The notes under the pieces: generated by a model
The model's input: the letters and a program-made list of their open reading frames with translations, nothing else
What the model was told of the DNA's origin: nothing
Database searches by the model: none
In this document: positions 23,401-37,164 of the stretch, piece after piece
Layout: each line of letters starts with the position of its first letter
Numbering within the stretch: the first letter of the stretch is position 1
Program-made: the position numbers and the translations under genes
Assembly (NCBI RefSeq): GCF_006345805.1
Contig: NC_042999.1
Coordinates: 155,682,001 to 155,746,000, forward strand
Direction: 5' to 3'
DNA length: 64,000 nt
Source of the DNA: Octopus sinensis
Lineage: Eukaryota

Positions 23401-26093
23401 TATCTCTCTCCAGCTCCACCCAATTATCCACCACCCTATTTTTTTAAAAATCTGAATAGTCATGTAGCCCCTCTAGCCCTCATAATTTGACTCATCATCT
23501 CCTAGAGTAAAGCCCTCTATCTCGGAGTCTTGCAAGCTGCATGGTGACCTCATTTGTGTTGGAACAAAGAAAGCATCCAGACACACTGTAAAGTGGTTGG
23601 GGTTAGAGAAGGCATCCAGCCACAAAAACCCTGCCTAAACAGACAGTTGAGCAAGATACAATCTTTGAATCTGTTGAATTCTGTTAAACTGTTCAATGCA
23701 TGCCTGCATAGATATTAAATGATGATGATGCACAAGTACCAGTTATACCTACTAAGTACCTGTTATACGCTGGAGTCAATTCTGTTTGATTAAACTCTTT
23801 CCTACAATAATGGTCACGTATTTAACTAAATCAACATTTTTAATTGGAAACAAATTATATTCAGTTCAAATGAAACTCTACAGTCTCTCTAAACCCAAAT
23901 CTTTTATTAGGACTATTAAGTGGAAGCTCTTTAAATGACATTAAAATTATAAAACCAAGTAACTTCGTTTCATTACACCTCAAATAAACCAGGTTTGTAT
24001 AAGTGTTTCTCTCTAAATTGTAAATAGTCTCAAGTGTTAATAGACAGGATGAAATGTTTATAATAGACTTGGAAATGACTTTATTGGTATAGAGCTTGAT
24101 CTATATCTTTAAAATGTGAAAATAGCTACCTTGTTAGATGCTGAAATAGCTATACCTTTAGAGCTTAGAATAACTACGATTTCTTTAAACTATGAAATAG
24201 TTATGTTGTTAGATCCTAAAACAGCAGCAATAACGTCTTTAGACTTTGAAATAGCAGATACATTATCTTTAGACCTTTAAATAGCAAATATATTTAGATT
24301 TCAATAGATTTAAAAGACGACTGTTTGGATCAATAAAAAGGTATTAATTAGAATGGTTAATATTCAGTTTGGAAGTTAGTAATTGAGATAAAGAAATAAG
24401 TTCCAGTGGAGTGAATGTCTAAGGAGCAAGGAATAGGATATTTCTATGAAATGTACTTCTTAACCTAGTTTACTGGGATTTTAGCAATAATTTTACTGAA
24501 AATGATAACATCCTTAAATTATTTCTTTTTCTGCTGTCATTCTTACAAATTACAAAGGAGATATATGTAAATCTATTTAACTCTTAGCTATATACAGTGT
24601 GGCAGGTAAATACTCCAATTTTTTTCTTTATAAATGCTGAGACTAAGCAACCACAAGAAAACACCAGAGCAAGGAATTGAAACTACAATCTCTATATCTA
24701 ATATCTATCTGTACAAAGACCTATCATAGTTGTTTATAAAGAATTTTGTCATTCATTTAAAGATAGACTGATATTGGTCCTAAAGTATTATTTTGGCAGT
24801 AAATACACCTTAAGGTTATAAATTACCCATCGGTAAGCAAGGCAATGATTATAATTTAATGCTATTTGCTGCCTTCATTGTTGGAAAAGACAAGGCAAAA
24901 ATACCATTATCAGGGTACCATTAATTAACCATCCACTATCCCTGTCATTGTAACAGATGGTACAAACCTAAATTATTAATTTGATATGACTTCATGGAAA
25001 CCAGCTGTGACTCACAAGAGAATATGGCTGGGTAAAATGTACCATGCTTTTGCAAATTGTTTTAGGTGCCTGTGTAATCACAAGTAGATATGAACATTAC
25101 CTTGGATCTCTTATCTCTGAGCAGACAAATCACCAAAATGTAACAACTGAAAGGAGAGGGATGCACCAGCATTTTGCTGGTGTTCATTTCAGTTGAATAG
25201 GCTTGAGCAGCATAAAGTGCCTTGCTCAAGGAATTGGGCTAGGAATTGAACCTGCAGCCTTATAATCAGGAGCTAAACACATAAACCACTAGGCCATGTG
25301 CCTTTATATGCCTTCTTAAGACTTTATACATGGTGAAGGAAGCTTGGGGTTAAAAAAATTATTTCAGAATCAGAAATAGATCACATTCTTTTCTTTTTAA
25401 TAATTATTTAACCCTAGGTCAGTCTTTGCCAGACAAGCCTATGATCAATGACTTTACAAGCATGCCCATTCTTTATCTATTATTTCTTTTTTTTTTGTTC
25501 AAGACAAGGATTGCTTTATATAAAAGTGTGCTTTTGAGGGAGATTTGGCTATTATTTCTAGCAGATTCAGTGAACAGGCAGAGATACCCTCATTGATTCA
25601 TTCTGCTTTTTTAGCAAATACTGCAACACTTGGTAGTAAATTCATGTTGCTAGGAGATACTGAGATTGGGGGTTTGGGGTTACACGACAGATTTATATCA
25701 AGAGGCTGTTGTATTAAGGGAGCCCCCATAATAATGTTAGAAAGTTATCAAGACAGAATAATTAAGATTAATAGAGATAATTTAATGGAACTGCCACCAA
25801 AGAATAGTAATTGTAATAAATAGGAAATTTTGTATAAATTTATATAAATAGGAAATAAGAAATATCTTGATCTTAAATTTTTATATATTCTGTTATGACA
25901 CGAAGCATTAAACTGAAAGCAGGCTTTGCAGATGTGAATCTAGGTATTGGTTGGCGGTTAGGGAAGCAAAAAAACGTGGCATCACTGGTCCTGTTCTTGA
26001 CTGATCGGTCAATTGTTCCGGATCAGTTTTATAGGCACCAGCGATTTGTTTTTCTGACTGCTCTGGAAACTAGCTCAAATGATGGTAACTTAC

Positions 26094-26732
26094 CAGACCT
26101 GCGGAATGTTCGTACTCTTCCGAGCCACCGGAATCTATATCGTGGGAGTAGGCGGAGTCCACACTGAAACCACTCTGGTCAGTTTCAGGAGGTGGAGAGA
26201 GTAGTTTAGGGAGTTTGGATCTGGACTTATCTTTAAGCCTGGCACTGGGCGATTTCGTCGTATATTTCGACTCTTGCCTCTCGAGTGTCTTCTTGTGGAG
26301 GTCTCCACTGAGAAGAGCATTGTCACTACCTTCAACATAGCGACCAATTGGAGTATACCAAGCACTGATGTTGCTGCTTAAGTTACTAATACTGCTACTA
26401 CTACCAGATTTTTGGTTAGTTGATGGTAATGAGTAGTCAATATTATGGTAGTCACTGGAAGATAGAGAATTTTGCTGACTAAACCCATCTCTACTAGCCT
26501 TGCTGTTACTGCTGTCAATGGGACTGAAATAATTAGAACAACTGTTAGTGCTCATGTCTCGGATGATAAAAGCTCGGCCGACATTGCTGGGATTGACATC
26601 GGAATGGTGCCTGCGAACGGGTTTCGAGTGCTCTTTCTTATTAATCATATCCATTGATTTCTTTATGGCTTGCATCCAGTTCTTTCGAAGCCCGGATGTC
26701 ATTGCTGTTAGGACATATTCTCCGTTTTGGTT
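26094..26732 (-). CDS. MPRIP: Coding exon, 639 nt, PH C-terminal helix plus Ser-rich linker
   Basis: Acceptor atttcag|AAC and donor CTG|GTAAGT. The open frame encodes NQNGEYVLTAMTSGLRKNWMQAIKKSM...HSAGL. Confidence 0.92.
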
Positions 26733-28142
26733 CTGAAATTAAACAAATAAAATCACAATATATATTTACATTCAAAAATTCACACAAATATGTTATCAGA
26801 TTAACATCCACTTTTCCATGCTTGCATGGGTTGGACTTTCACTCATACACTCACACATGTGTGTGTGTGGCTTGCTTCAAGTTTTATGCTAAGATCATGA
26901 AGTAATTGGATGAGTTTGAACAATGTACAGTGCATGCTCTGGCAGTTCTTCAGGCTATGGTATGTAAGCCAGCTGATAACAACACTATTTGAGCATGAAA
27001 CTTCAAATAGCTCAACAATGAATCCTATATTTAGTAAATGATAATTAACTCTCGAAGGATTGATTACTTTATTTGCTGATCCTATCAACCCCATCTCTTT
27101 CCAAGCAAGGTAATATTTCCCCATAACATGTTTTCACAGAAGACTAGAAAAGAATGAGGTTTGGTGATGATGCTTGTTAATTGTGATGTCAGGACAATGA
27201 GATACAAACACACGAGTGTGTGTGTGTGTGTGTGTGTATGTGTGTATGTGTGCATGCACATACACACAAGACAAGCTTCTTTCAGTTTCCATTTCCCAAA
27301 TTCAATCATAAGCTCGGTCAGCATGAGGCTATGGTAGAAGACACTCAAGCTGCCACACAGTGGGACTGAACCCAAAACCATGTTGTTGGGAAGCAAACTT
27401 CTTAACCACACAGCTATACCTGCAGCATCTTGCACATTGTATAATGTAGTTGTAGATACACAATACCCAGAAAATGGGTGTGGTGGAAAACCAGTGATAA
27501 TAGGACTGTTGTATCAGTGCTGTTCTGGGTTTAAGCTACAACCTGATATAATATAGAAGCTGACACAAGATCTGCTAAACCAGATCATTTTAGTAGAGAA
27601 ATCTTAGTCCAAAATCCCAGATGAACTTCAAAATGTTTGACATGTTTTAGGACATAAATTTTCAGACAATGTGTCCAAATGACATCATTGTATGGTTTAC
27701 AGCTCAATCCAACAGAAGGATCTTGGGTAAGTGTCTTCTGCCATAAAAGTAGAAATGGCTGAAGGAAACTACCGAGTAAGGTAGGTGTGCAGCTATTGTC
27801 ACCACTACCACCATCATTTTATATTGCCGTCCAAGAATTTGGACCTGGAGAACTCCATTTCCAGCGACTTCGAGGGTCACCTCCCAGTGGTGTCGGGCGT
27901 CAACTAAGAGCCATCGACTACAACAAGACGACCAAAGTTTTTTTTTTTTCCAAGGCCTGGGGTTTCCCGCCTCTAAGCCCTAGACCATCACCCTTACCTG
28001 TCTTGTTGCTTAAAAACAACAATCATTTTACATCTGCTTTCTATGTTAGCATGAGTTAGAGGTGTTGTATCACAGTCCAAAATGGGGCATACTGAAAGTT
28101 GCTGTCCTCCCAGAGAAGTCAGAGGTCCAGGTCTTGCATGTA

Positions 28143-28500
28143 TTCTTTTACTTCTTACAGTCATTTGACAGCAGTCATGCTGGAGCACTGCTTTTAGTCA
28201 AACAAATTGACTCCAGGACTTATTCTTTGTAATCCTAGTACTTATTCTATCGGTCTCTGTAGCCGAAAAGTTAAGGGGACAAACACAGACACACAAATAC
28301 ATTCATACATATATATATATATAAATATATATATACACATGACAGGCTTCTTTCAGTTTCTGTCTACCAGATCCACTCACAAGGTTTCGGTTGGCCCAAG
28401 ACTATAGTAGAAAACACTTGCCCATGGTGCCAAGTAGTGGGACTGAACCCCGAATCTTGATTGGGAAGCAAGCTTCTTACCAGACAGCCACTCCTGCACC
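28143..28500 (-). mobile_element. SINE family B, near full length
   Basis: Head, core and tail motifs on the reverse strand. Confidence 0.85.
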
Positions 28501-29106
28501 TGATTCAATTTTTGGCTTGGTTTCTACAACTGGAGGCTCCTCCCATCACCAACCACTTTACAGAGTGTATGGAGTGAATGAATTTATCATAGCACCAGCA
28601 CAAGAGAGGTTCCCTTGTTCAAGCAAGGCTAAAAGAGTATTCTTTAAACTATATTGTTTCAGTCTGCTTGTTTGCTAGCATCAGCAAGTTATCTCCTCTC
28701 CAACCAGATTAGAGTCTACTCTGTCCTTACCTCCATAATCTTTTCTTTTCCACATATGTAGGAAGAGAGTGTGAGAGGGGATAATGGAATAGGGATATGA
28801 GAGGGGGTATTTTGGGAGAGAGTGACAACAATGAAGAAGGGAGGCAGTAAGAGGGGTGTTGAATATGGATGGCTGTAATGCCATCCATAGAGAGAGGGGA
28901 GAGAAAGAGAGGGAGAGAAAAAGAGGGAGAGAGAAAGAGAGACAGTTATATGAAGATTCTTGGTAGGGAGAATGAAAAGAGAGAGACATGTAGAGAACTG
29001 GAATTGAACCTCCTAAACAAAGCCAGTCCAGCCAACAGAGATGATGATGATGAAGATGCTCTGATGAAAAAATAAGAATGACTATTAAACAGGATGCTTA
29101 GCTTAC

Positions 29107-29268
29107 CTTGATGCAGAAACCATAGTTACGTGGGGCATTTGCCTCCTCAACACTGTAGCAAGTTGACAAGTCTATTTTACCATCAACGAAACCCTTTTCT
29201 TCAGCTTTTGCATCTTTGAAATAGCGTAAAGAATTGGCATCTAAAACAAACCAGTGTTTTTTCCAGTC
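29107..29268 (-). CDS. MPRIP: Coding exon, 162 nt, PH domain core
   Basis: Acceptor tctctgcag|GAC and donor AAG|GTAAGC. Encodes WKKHWFVL...IDLSTC...RNYGFCIK. Confidence 0.95.
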
Positions 29269-29702
29269 CTGCAGAGAACAGTCCAAGAAGAAGGAGAGAA
29301 AGAAAGAAAAATAAAAAGAGAGAGAATAAAGATTTTGAATCTGAGAAATCATTAAAAAGAAAAAAAAAAAAAAGAAACAAAAAAAAAAACACCAGGAAAA
29401 TAACAATAGTAAATAATGAAAAAAATTAAACTTCCCAAATAATAATAAGGATCATGCAGCCATCACCATCTTGAGACAACAACCAACAAGAACAACAACG
29501 AGAAGAGCGAAAGAAACAATTCTGTAGCCAAAAAAGACATGATTGTACAAACCTTCGTTGTAACACTGATCACCTTAATGTGGTTAATTAAGAGATGTAA
29601 TCAGATAAGGAAATTAAAGAAGGTAAGATTAAGAAACACCTCGACTAGAAGATGGTTTTACAACAAAACCATTTTACTGATTGCAATTAAGATATAAATA
29701 CA

Positions 29703-30085
29703 AGTGCAGGCGTGACTGTGTGGTAAGAAGCTTGCTTCCCAACCACATGGTTCCAGGTTCAATCCCGCTGCATGGCACCATGGGCAAGAGTCCTCTACTA
29801 TAACCTCAGGCTGACCAATGCCTTGTGAGTGGATATGGTAGACAGAAACTGAAAGAAGCCTGTCATGTGTGTGTGTGTATGTGTGCGTATGTCCTTCACC
29901 ATCGTTTGACAACTGTATTGGCGTGTTTATGTCTCTGTAACTTAGCAGTTCGGCAAAAGTAACCAATAGAATAAGCACCAGACTTGAGTACTAGAATAAG
30001 CACTGGGGTTGATTCATTTGACTAAAATTTAAGACAAAGCTCCAGCATGGGCACAGTCCAATGACTGAAACAAGTAACAGATAGA
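29703..30085 (+). mobile_element. SINE family B, near full length
   Basis: GTGCAGGCGTGACTGTGTGGTAAGAAGCTTG...CCAGCATGGGCACAGTCCAATGACTGAAACAAG. Confidence 0.85.
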
Positions 30086-33000
30086 AGAATAAATTAGATT
30101 GAAATTTTCTTTTCAACTCTAGGCACAAGGCCTGAAAGTTCTGGGGAGGGAGGGCAGTAGATTAGATCGACCTCAGTAAGCAACGGTTACTTAATTTATC
30201 AAACCTGAAAGAACGAAAAGGCAAATCGACCTTGGCGGAATTTGAACTCAGAATACCACTAAGAATTTCACTCGGTGTGCTAATGTTTCTGCCAGCTTGC
30301 TGCCTTCTAGATTGAAATCATTAAGACGAAACTAAAAAAGTAAAAATGGTTTTATACAAGAACCACCAAAATATAATTTGAATAAGATTTGTTATCTAAT
30401 TGTAGGTGCAGGTGAGACTGTGTAGGCAGCAGTATGGCCATGTGGCTGAGAAGTTTGCTCTCCAACCACATGGTTTCAAGTTCAATCCCATTGCCTGTAT
30501 CTTCAACTACAGCACTGGGATGACCATAGTCTTGTGAGTGGATTTGGGAAAGGAAAGTTGAGAGATGACCATTGTGTGTGTGTGTGTGTGTGTGTGTGCA
30601 TGCGTGTGAGTGCCTCCTTGTCTTGACATTGCATGATAGCTGTAAACAAGCATCACTTGTCATACAAGCAGAGCCATTCAGTTCCTATTTCTGCATAAAC
30701 ATGTCTGGCCATGGCAAATATTACTTTGCTTGGAAACAGATGAGGGTTGGTAACGGGAAGGGCATCCAGCTGTGGAAATTTTCTTCAATAAACTCCATCC
30801 ATGCAAGCACAGGAAGGCGGATGTTAAAAAAAATTGAACCAAACTATTTTTGATATCAAAGAAATACCTCAACTAGAAGACCAAGAAATTATGTAAAATA
30901 TGTAGGAGCGTGTGTGTGTATGTATTGTTTAAATGGCAAATTATCTTAGAGCATATCAAGTTAATTTTAGTTAATATATTTATTTCAAAATTCATTTGTA
31001 TCCAAGAAAAGACCTATATAAACTAATTCTTAAATGCTTGGAGTGCAACACACAAAAGTTTACCAGAAAAGGATATGGAACCAAAAGACAAGAACATCAA
31101 AAAATTTTTTCACAGAAGGAAACAACAACCCAATTTCTTACCCTTTTCCTTCTCCATGAGCTATTTCAAAAATTACCAATCAAAGATCACACCTGTAGCA
31201 CAAGACAGGTGTAATAGAAAGAAAAAAAAAAATTACCCTTAATTCTGCTGCTTCTATTGTTTTGTATTTGGTAAACTTCCTATTACTGAAGGAACTCACA
31301 TTACCTTATCTATAACTAACAAGGAAACGAGAAAGTCGAAATGAGAAGCTATCTGACATACAACAAGCCATTATAGATATTTTCAGGTGAGATTTGTGTC
31401 TTTGTCTCTCACCTGGTTAAGTCTGGAAACAAAAAAGAAGACATTGATAACAAATCTTTCAAAAGAATTCTCAAGAAATCTTGTGAGATAAAAACCATTT
31501 TACTACAAAGATCCTATTTCTTTTAACTTTGAAATTCCAACAAAGTAAAAACTGGCAATGCCAAGGATATTCCACCATTTTTAGATATTTGAAAGAATTT
31601 GTAATCTTCACTGCCAAACAATATTGCATGTGGATGTGCTTTGTGGAAATTTAACAAACAAATTGTTTAAAATAACAGATACATGACAAAGATGATTAGT
31701 GGAGGCCTTAGTATATGGTGCAAAGTGAGATGTGAGAGGTTTAAGTAGGTTCGGTGTGTCAGCAGACAATTCCAAAACACAAGCTGGGTTTGTGACAAGC
31801 TAACAAGTCAAATGCTGGTTAAGTAAGTAGAGTGGAAGGCACAGGTCTAAAACAGTGAGAAACATACAAAGAATTTAACAATTCCAACAGATAAGTTTGG
31901 TAGATCGTTTGATTAAAATTCTTGATTTCAGCTGTGGAATTTCATTGGTTAAGAAACTACATACAATCAAAATAACCTGATCTGAAGGGTGGGTGACTGA
32001 GGCAATTACCATGATATTGGAGATTGAATACATTTTGGTCCTATCACATATAGAGTGGCAGTGAGGTTAAGGTCTTAGATTTACCATCATTATTTAATGT
32101 GCTTTCCTTGCTGGCATGGCTCAGATAGTTTGACAGGAACTGATGAGCTAGAAGACTGTGCTGAGTTCCAATATCTGTTTTGGCATGGTTTCTACAGCTG
32201 GATGCCTTTCTTAAAGCCAACCACCTTACAGAGTGTACTGGGTACTTTTTTTTTCTGTAGCACCTATACTAGTGAGGTCATCAAGTAAACTGCACAATTA
32301 AGATCCTCATCAAATGAGTGGGACTACAGTAGAGAGGGAAGTGGCTTTATGTCAGGTGATGATCAAAGGAATTCCACCTGTTCAGTATATAGAAATTTAC
32401 ACTGTATACTTCCTTTTTAAAGAAGGTAGATATACTTTGAGGGATATTTAGCTGCCATATCTACCAGGTCAAGTGTATACACAAAAGTAGCCTAATTAGC
32501 TGGTTAAATATTGTTAAACTAATTAACGAAAGCATTATTGCCAATGGTCCTGTGATATTACAAAATAACTCAAATCTACATAAGTATAATTCCATTACCA
32601 AACCATTACCGACTTAATTAGTAAAGAGTCTTTTCTTGTTGCATCATTTGCATAAAATCAAATAAATCAGTGACAAATTTTGATGATACTGCATTGTCTT
32701 TGGTAGTTAATTTTGGTGGCGCACCACTACACTCTTGGAGTGATTGGTGTTAGAAAGAGCATCCAGCTGTAGAAACATTGCCAGATCAGATTGGAGCCTG
32801 GTGCAGCCGCTGGCTTTCTAGTCCTCAGTCAAACCATCCAACCCATGCTAGCATGGAAAACAGATGTTAAACGAAGATAATGTTTATGTTCCAGATATCA
32901 GCTTAAAAACGACAAAGTTATTTTACTAAGTTCTTTATTATTTTTAACATAATTTGAAACAAATACAGTGTATTGTCTTTGATCACACTGGAACCAATTA

Positions 33001-35169
33001 CAATGTTTCTCTTGTGCTGTACCAACCAAATTATGTATTTTTTTTACATGCAGCATGCCAACAATCTGCCAATAATTGCTTATTTTAACCATCTCACATC
33101 TTGTATTATTATCATTGTGGGGTTCTTACCCTTGATAGTCAGGGTGGTCCTGGATTTGCAGGGTTCCTTGGCTGGCCCTAGTTGGAGGCTCTCCAGTAAC
33201 ATCTATTTATATATTGTGTATATTGTTGATACTTTTCGTCTAATTTCTTCCCACCAAATTTTTTACCCTTTATGCAACCCCACCTCAACTGTACCCTGTT
33301 TTTGTAATGTCTCCCTCGTTGATGCCCCTGTGGCACATAAAATCATTATTATTATAACCCTCTTACATCCCATATTATTACCATTATTTTATATCTTGGA
33401 ATTGGTGAACAATAGCATTACTAGTTACAGGTTTTCAGTGAACTAGTCAATGATAAGGGAGTGTTTCTAAGTTTGTGCAGAACAAATATCACAAGGAGTT
33501 TCGTGATCCTTAAATATGTCCTTGAATATAAAAATATTTTCAAACTGAAATTTTTTTTTTAGTTAGAGATAAGTAAAAAGATGAAACAATTCCATTCAAG
33601 AAACTTATGAGAATAACCCAAATGTAACAAACATTATCTTAAAAATATCAAGACACAAAGAGTCCATCCTATGTCAGCATCTTTTTGAAAAACCCTTCAC
33701 ACATACACCCTAAACTGGGTGCTATAATAAGAGTTCATCTCTCTACATTTCTTCGTTGTCCTAACATCATTTCTTCCAGCTAATGACTATCCCACACACT
33801 TTCCTCTCAGCTTAGGTTTTAGGGTTATTATAACCAAGGTGTGGATTCACATTTCCTAAAGAAACATTTTCTGACGAATTGGCCAATATATATCTCCTAT
33901 GGGTAAATTATTTTCAATAATTTTTGCCATAATTTTCTATATCATGGTCCTTTTTGGATCAGCTTTTCTTATTTTGGCATGGGTTACATGAGATTTATCA
34001 AGGTAACTTTTCTAGGACCAACTTTTTCTTGTTTCCATGTAAGGTGCTATTTCCTTAGATCCTTTGAATGAAAACCATTCATCAGCCATACACGAATTTT
34101 TATAACATTTTGAAACCACAGAGAGAATAGACAGTTGGAGCTTCAAAGAGATTAAAAAGTGGACACCAACTCTATCACAAAAGTATTTACTGTTCAATCT
34201 CTTCCTCTCTTTGAAATGTGAGAAGCTATACAGCTCCTCTACAATGTGTTACTCTCCACTTTTTGCATACTTAAACCTATAATACCTATGAAGCCCCCCC
34301 ATTCATCTCTTGGGGTTCGTAGTCTTGCAAGCTGAGGGTGTCTTAATTGGTGCTGGTGGCACAAAAAATGCACCTAGTATATGCTGTAAAGTGGTTGACA
34401 TTAAGAAGGGCATCCAGCCATAGAAACCATGCCAAAGCAGATAGTGGAGAACAATGTAACCCATGGCCCTGTCGGAGCTTGTCAAACCATCCAACCCATG
34501 TCAGCATGAAACATGGATGCTAAATTTTGATGATGCAATAATCTGAAGAGAATGGGATCACACACACACACACACGCACAAACACATGCACATTTACAGT
34601 TTTCTATTTATTAATTCTACTCACGTGGTCAGCCTGAAGTTACGAAACTGATGTAGAAAACATTTGCCTAAGATGCTTGGCAGTAGGAACAAGCTTAAAA
34701 CCATATAGTTGTGAAGTGGACACCTTAACATTTGGTCATACCTGCCTCATCAATATAATATTCAGCAGAATATCCAGGTGAAATGATTGGAATTAATTTT
34801 ACCAAAGGAAGAGAAAATATTGGCTATAATGAACAGAGAAAAGATTTGCAGAAACTGTAACCATAACAACCAAAAACTAAAGAACAGCTTTAAAGCAAAC
34901 TGTAGACAACAAAGTTTTATACCCTAATTGTGTGTGTGTGTGTGTGCGTAACTCTGAATTCAGTACAGAAAGTAAATACATGTTGCTTGAATAGAGGAGT
35001 TGACATCTCTTATTTGTAATAGCTTTTCTCTATTTATTCAATTGAAGAAAGAAATAGTTTTGACCCTCTCGGGATAATTACAGTAGAAGAAATGCCTGCA
35101 GGTAGTGAACATTTTTAAGACAGTAAAGGTGTCGCCAGAAAATCTCATCTTTGACAATACTAAGGTGCT

Positions 35170-35740
35170 AGTAATTAATAATAATTCTAAATTTGACGCT
35201 AGGTCAGTAATTGAGGGGGAGGCAACAAGTTGACTACAATAGTCCCAGTAATTGACTGGTGCTTTATTTCCATCAACCCCCAAAAGGCTTAAAAGGCAAC
35301 GCTGACCTTGGCAGATTTTGAAGTCAGAACATAAACAGGTAGAAGGAATGTAGCTAAGGATTTTGCCAGCTTGCCACCACCTTACCATTAATAATGATAA
35401 TGATTTCAAATTTTAGCCACAAGGGCAGCTTGGGGAAGGGGATTAAGTAATTTACATCAACCCCAGTGCATAACTGGTACTTATTTAATCGACCCCGAAA
35501 GGATGAAAGGCAAAGTTGACCGTGGCAGAATTTGAACTCAAAATGAATAATAATAATAATAGTGGTTTCAAATTTTGGTGTGGGAGGGATTCAGTTGATT
35601 ACTGTGGGCCCAGTGCTGGCATTTATTTTATAAATCTTGAAAGAATGAAAAGTAAAGCTGACCACAGCAAAAATGCAATCAAAATATAAAAGGCAGAAGA
35701 TGCACCGCTAAGTATTTTATCTGATGTTCTAATGGTTCTA
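35170..35740 (-). mobile_element. Head-to-tail cluster of SINE A copies
   Basis: Repeated GAAAGGATGAAAGGCAAAGTTGAC / GAATTTGAACTC motifs separated by (AAT)n. Confidence 0.7.
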
Positions 35741-35900
35741 CCAGCTTGCTACATTTATTATAATAATAATAATAATCCTCTCTACAATGGGCAAAATTTT
35801 GGAGGAGGTGGTAAGTCAATTACATTAACCCCAGTGCAAAACTGGTACTTCTTTTATGGATTTATATATAAATATATTTTAATATATTTATATATAAATA

Positions 35901-36291
35901 TTTTTTTTTTTACTGTAGTTTCAGCTCAGAGCTGTGGGCATGCTGATGCACCAGTTTAGCTACACTGTTATTACTGAGAGTTTACTCCAATATGTGGCAC
36001 TTGGTGAAAAATGGAGTTTGATGTAGCTACCCTCATTTGCACCTCTTGCCGTGAGGTAGGTTCATCTGGGACTCTTGACAGGAAGAGGTCCAGCCTTGAT
36101 TTAAAAGCACATACATCTACATTATGCAGGTTCCTCAGGCTCTTTGAGAGCCCCTGAAACCCAGGCTGTTGCAGTAACTGGTTCTGAAGCACGATGGCAT
36201 TGGTGGGATCTTTGACACTATTCAGTGTCAACCCGTTCTGGCATTGGTGTAGCTTTCAATACCAAAATTTGGCATAATTCAATCCATACAT
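35901..36291 (-). mobile_element. 5'-truncated CR1/L2-group LINE: RT C-terminus, 3' UTR and poly(A)
   Basis: Encodes ...SKSLRNLHNVDVCAFKSRLDLFLSRVPDEPTSRQEVQMRVATSNSIFHQ, a typical FK..LD.FL..VPDEP...SNS terminus. A11 tail at 35901-35911. Confidence 0.8.
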
Positions 36292-36331
36292 TATTTTAAT
36301 ATATTTTTATATAAATATATATATATATATA

Positions 36332-36548
36332 CAGTAATCCCTTGACTATTGCAGGTGTTACATTCCAAAACACTCATGATGGGTGAAAAATCTGCAAAGT
36401 AGAAACAGTACTGTACTGTATATTTTTTAAAATCATTTTTATAATTTGTATGTATTTATTTTATTATAAATGCAAAACACCACAGAGGAATTAATGTAAA
36501 CTTTAATAAACCACAATAGGTGAACTGCAATATGGCAAGGGATTACTG
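36332..36548. mobile_element. pogo/Tigger-type MITE, second copy
   Basis: TA|CAGTAATCCCTTG ... CAAGGGATTACTG|TA. Confidence 0.85.
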
Positions 36549-37164
36549 TACTATTTTAATATAAATATTAAAAAAAAATATATATATATATTATATTATA
36601 TTTTAATATATTTATATATAAGCAGCTTTATTATACTATATACCAGTTACTATAAATTTTAATATGTCTTTTGTATTGTTTCCATAGTATGTGTTAGGTC
36701 AGATATGAAGACTTCTTAGATACCCCTCAGCAATCTTGTTAACATTTCCTGTTTGCACTCCCTCTAAACACCTGCTTTTTTTATTTATTTATTTTTTTTA
36801 GAGATAACTAGTAAAGGAAAGGTGCAAAATGAGGCCTCATCACCAGGACAACAGTATGTGAGCGAGGTGATGTAAGATGAGTGGGGTTGGAATGTATTTG
36901 AGAGCTGGGTAGGAGAAGAGTATCAAATGGATTTCTGAGCATGGAATGAAGTTATGCCCTCAGCCCAAAGAGAATAAGGAACTGGATATGTGCGTGTGTG
37001 TGTGTGTAAAATGGGTTCAAATTTTGGCACAAGGCCAGCAATTTTAGGGATAGAGTATAGTTGATTATATTGACCCCTAGCACTCAACTGGTACTTATTT
37101 TATCCACTCCAAAAGGATGAAAGGAAAAGTTGATCTGAGTGGCATTTGAACTCAGAATATAAAA

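Noticed and set aside
25895-26905. + strand ORFs and an alternative-frame minus ORF over the 639-nt exon
   Set aside because: They are shadows of the real exon, with no independent splice or homology support.
27960-28030. Strong minus-strand donor CAG|GTAAGG
   Set aside because: It matches a repeat-derived motif (ACAGGTRAGGGT) seen in other repeat copies, and there is no credible open exon upstream.
33700-34250. Possible ancient LINE RT remnant on the minus strand
   Set aside because: It has many stops and no motif I can identify with confidence.
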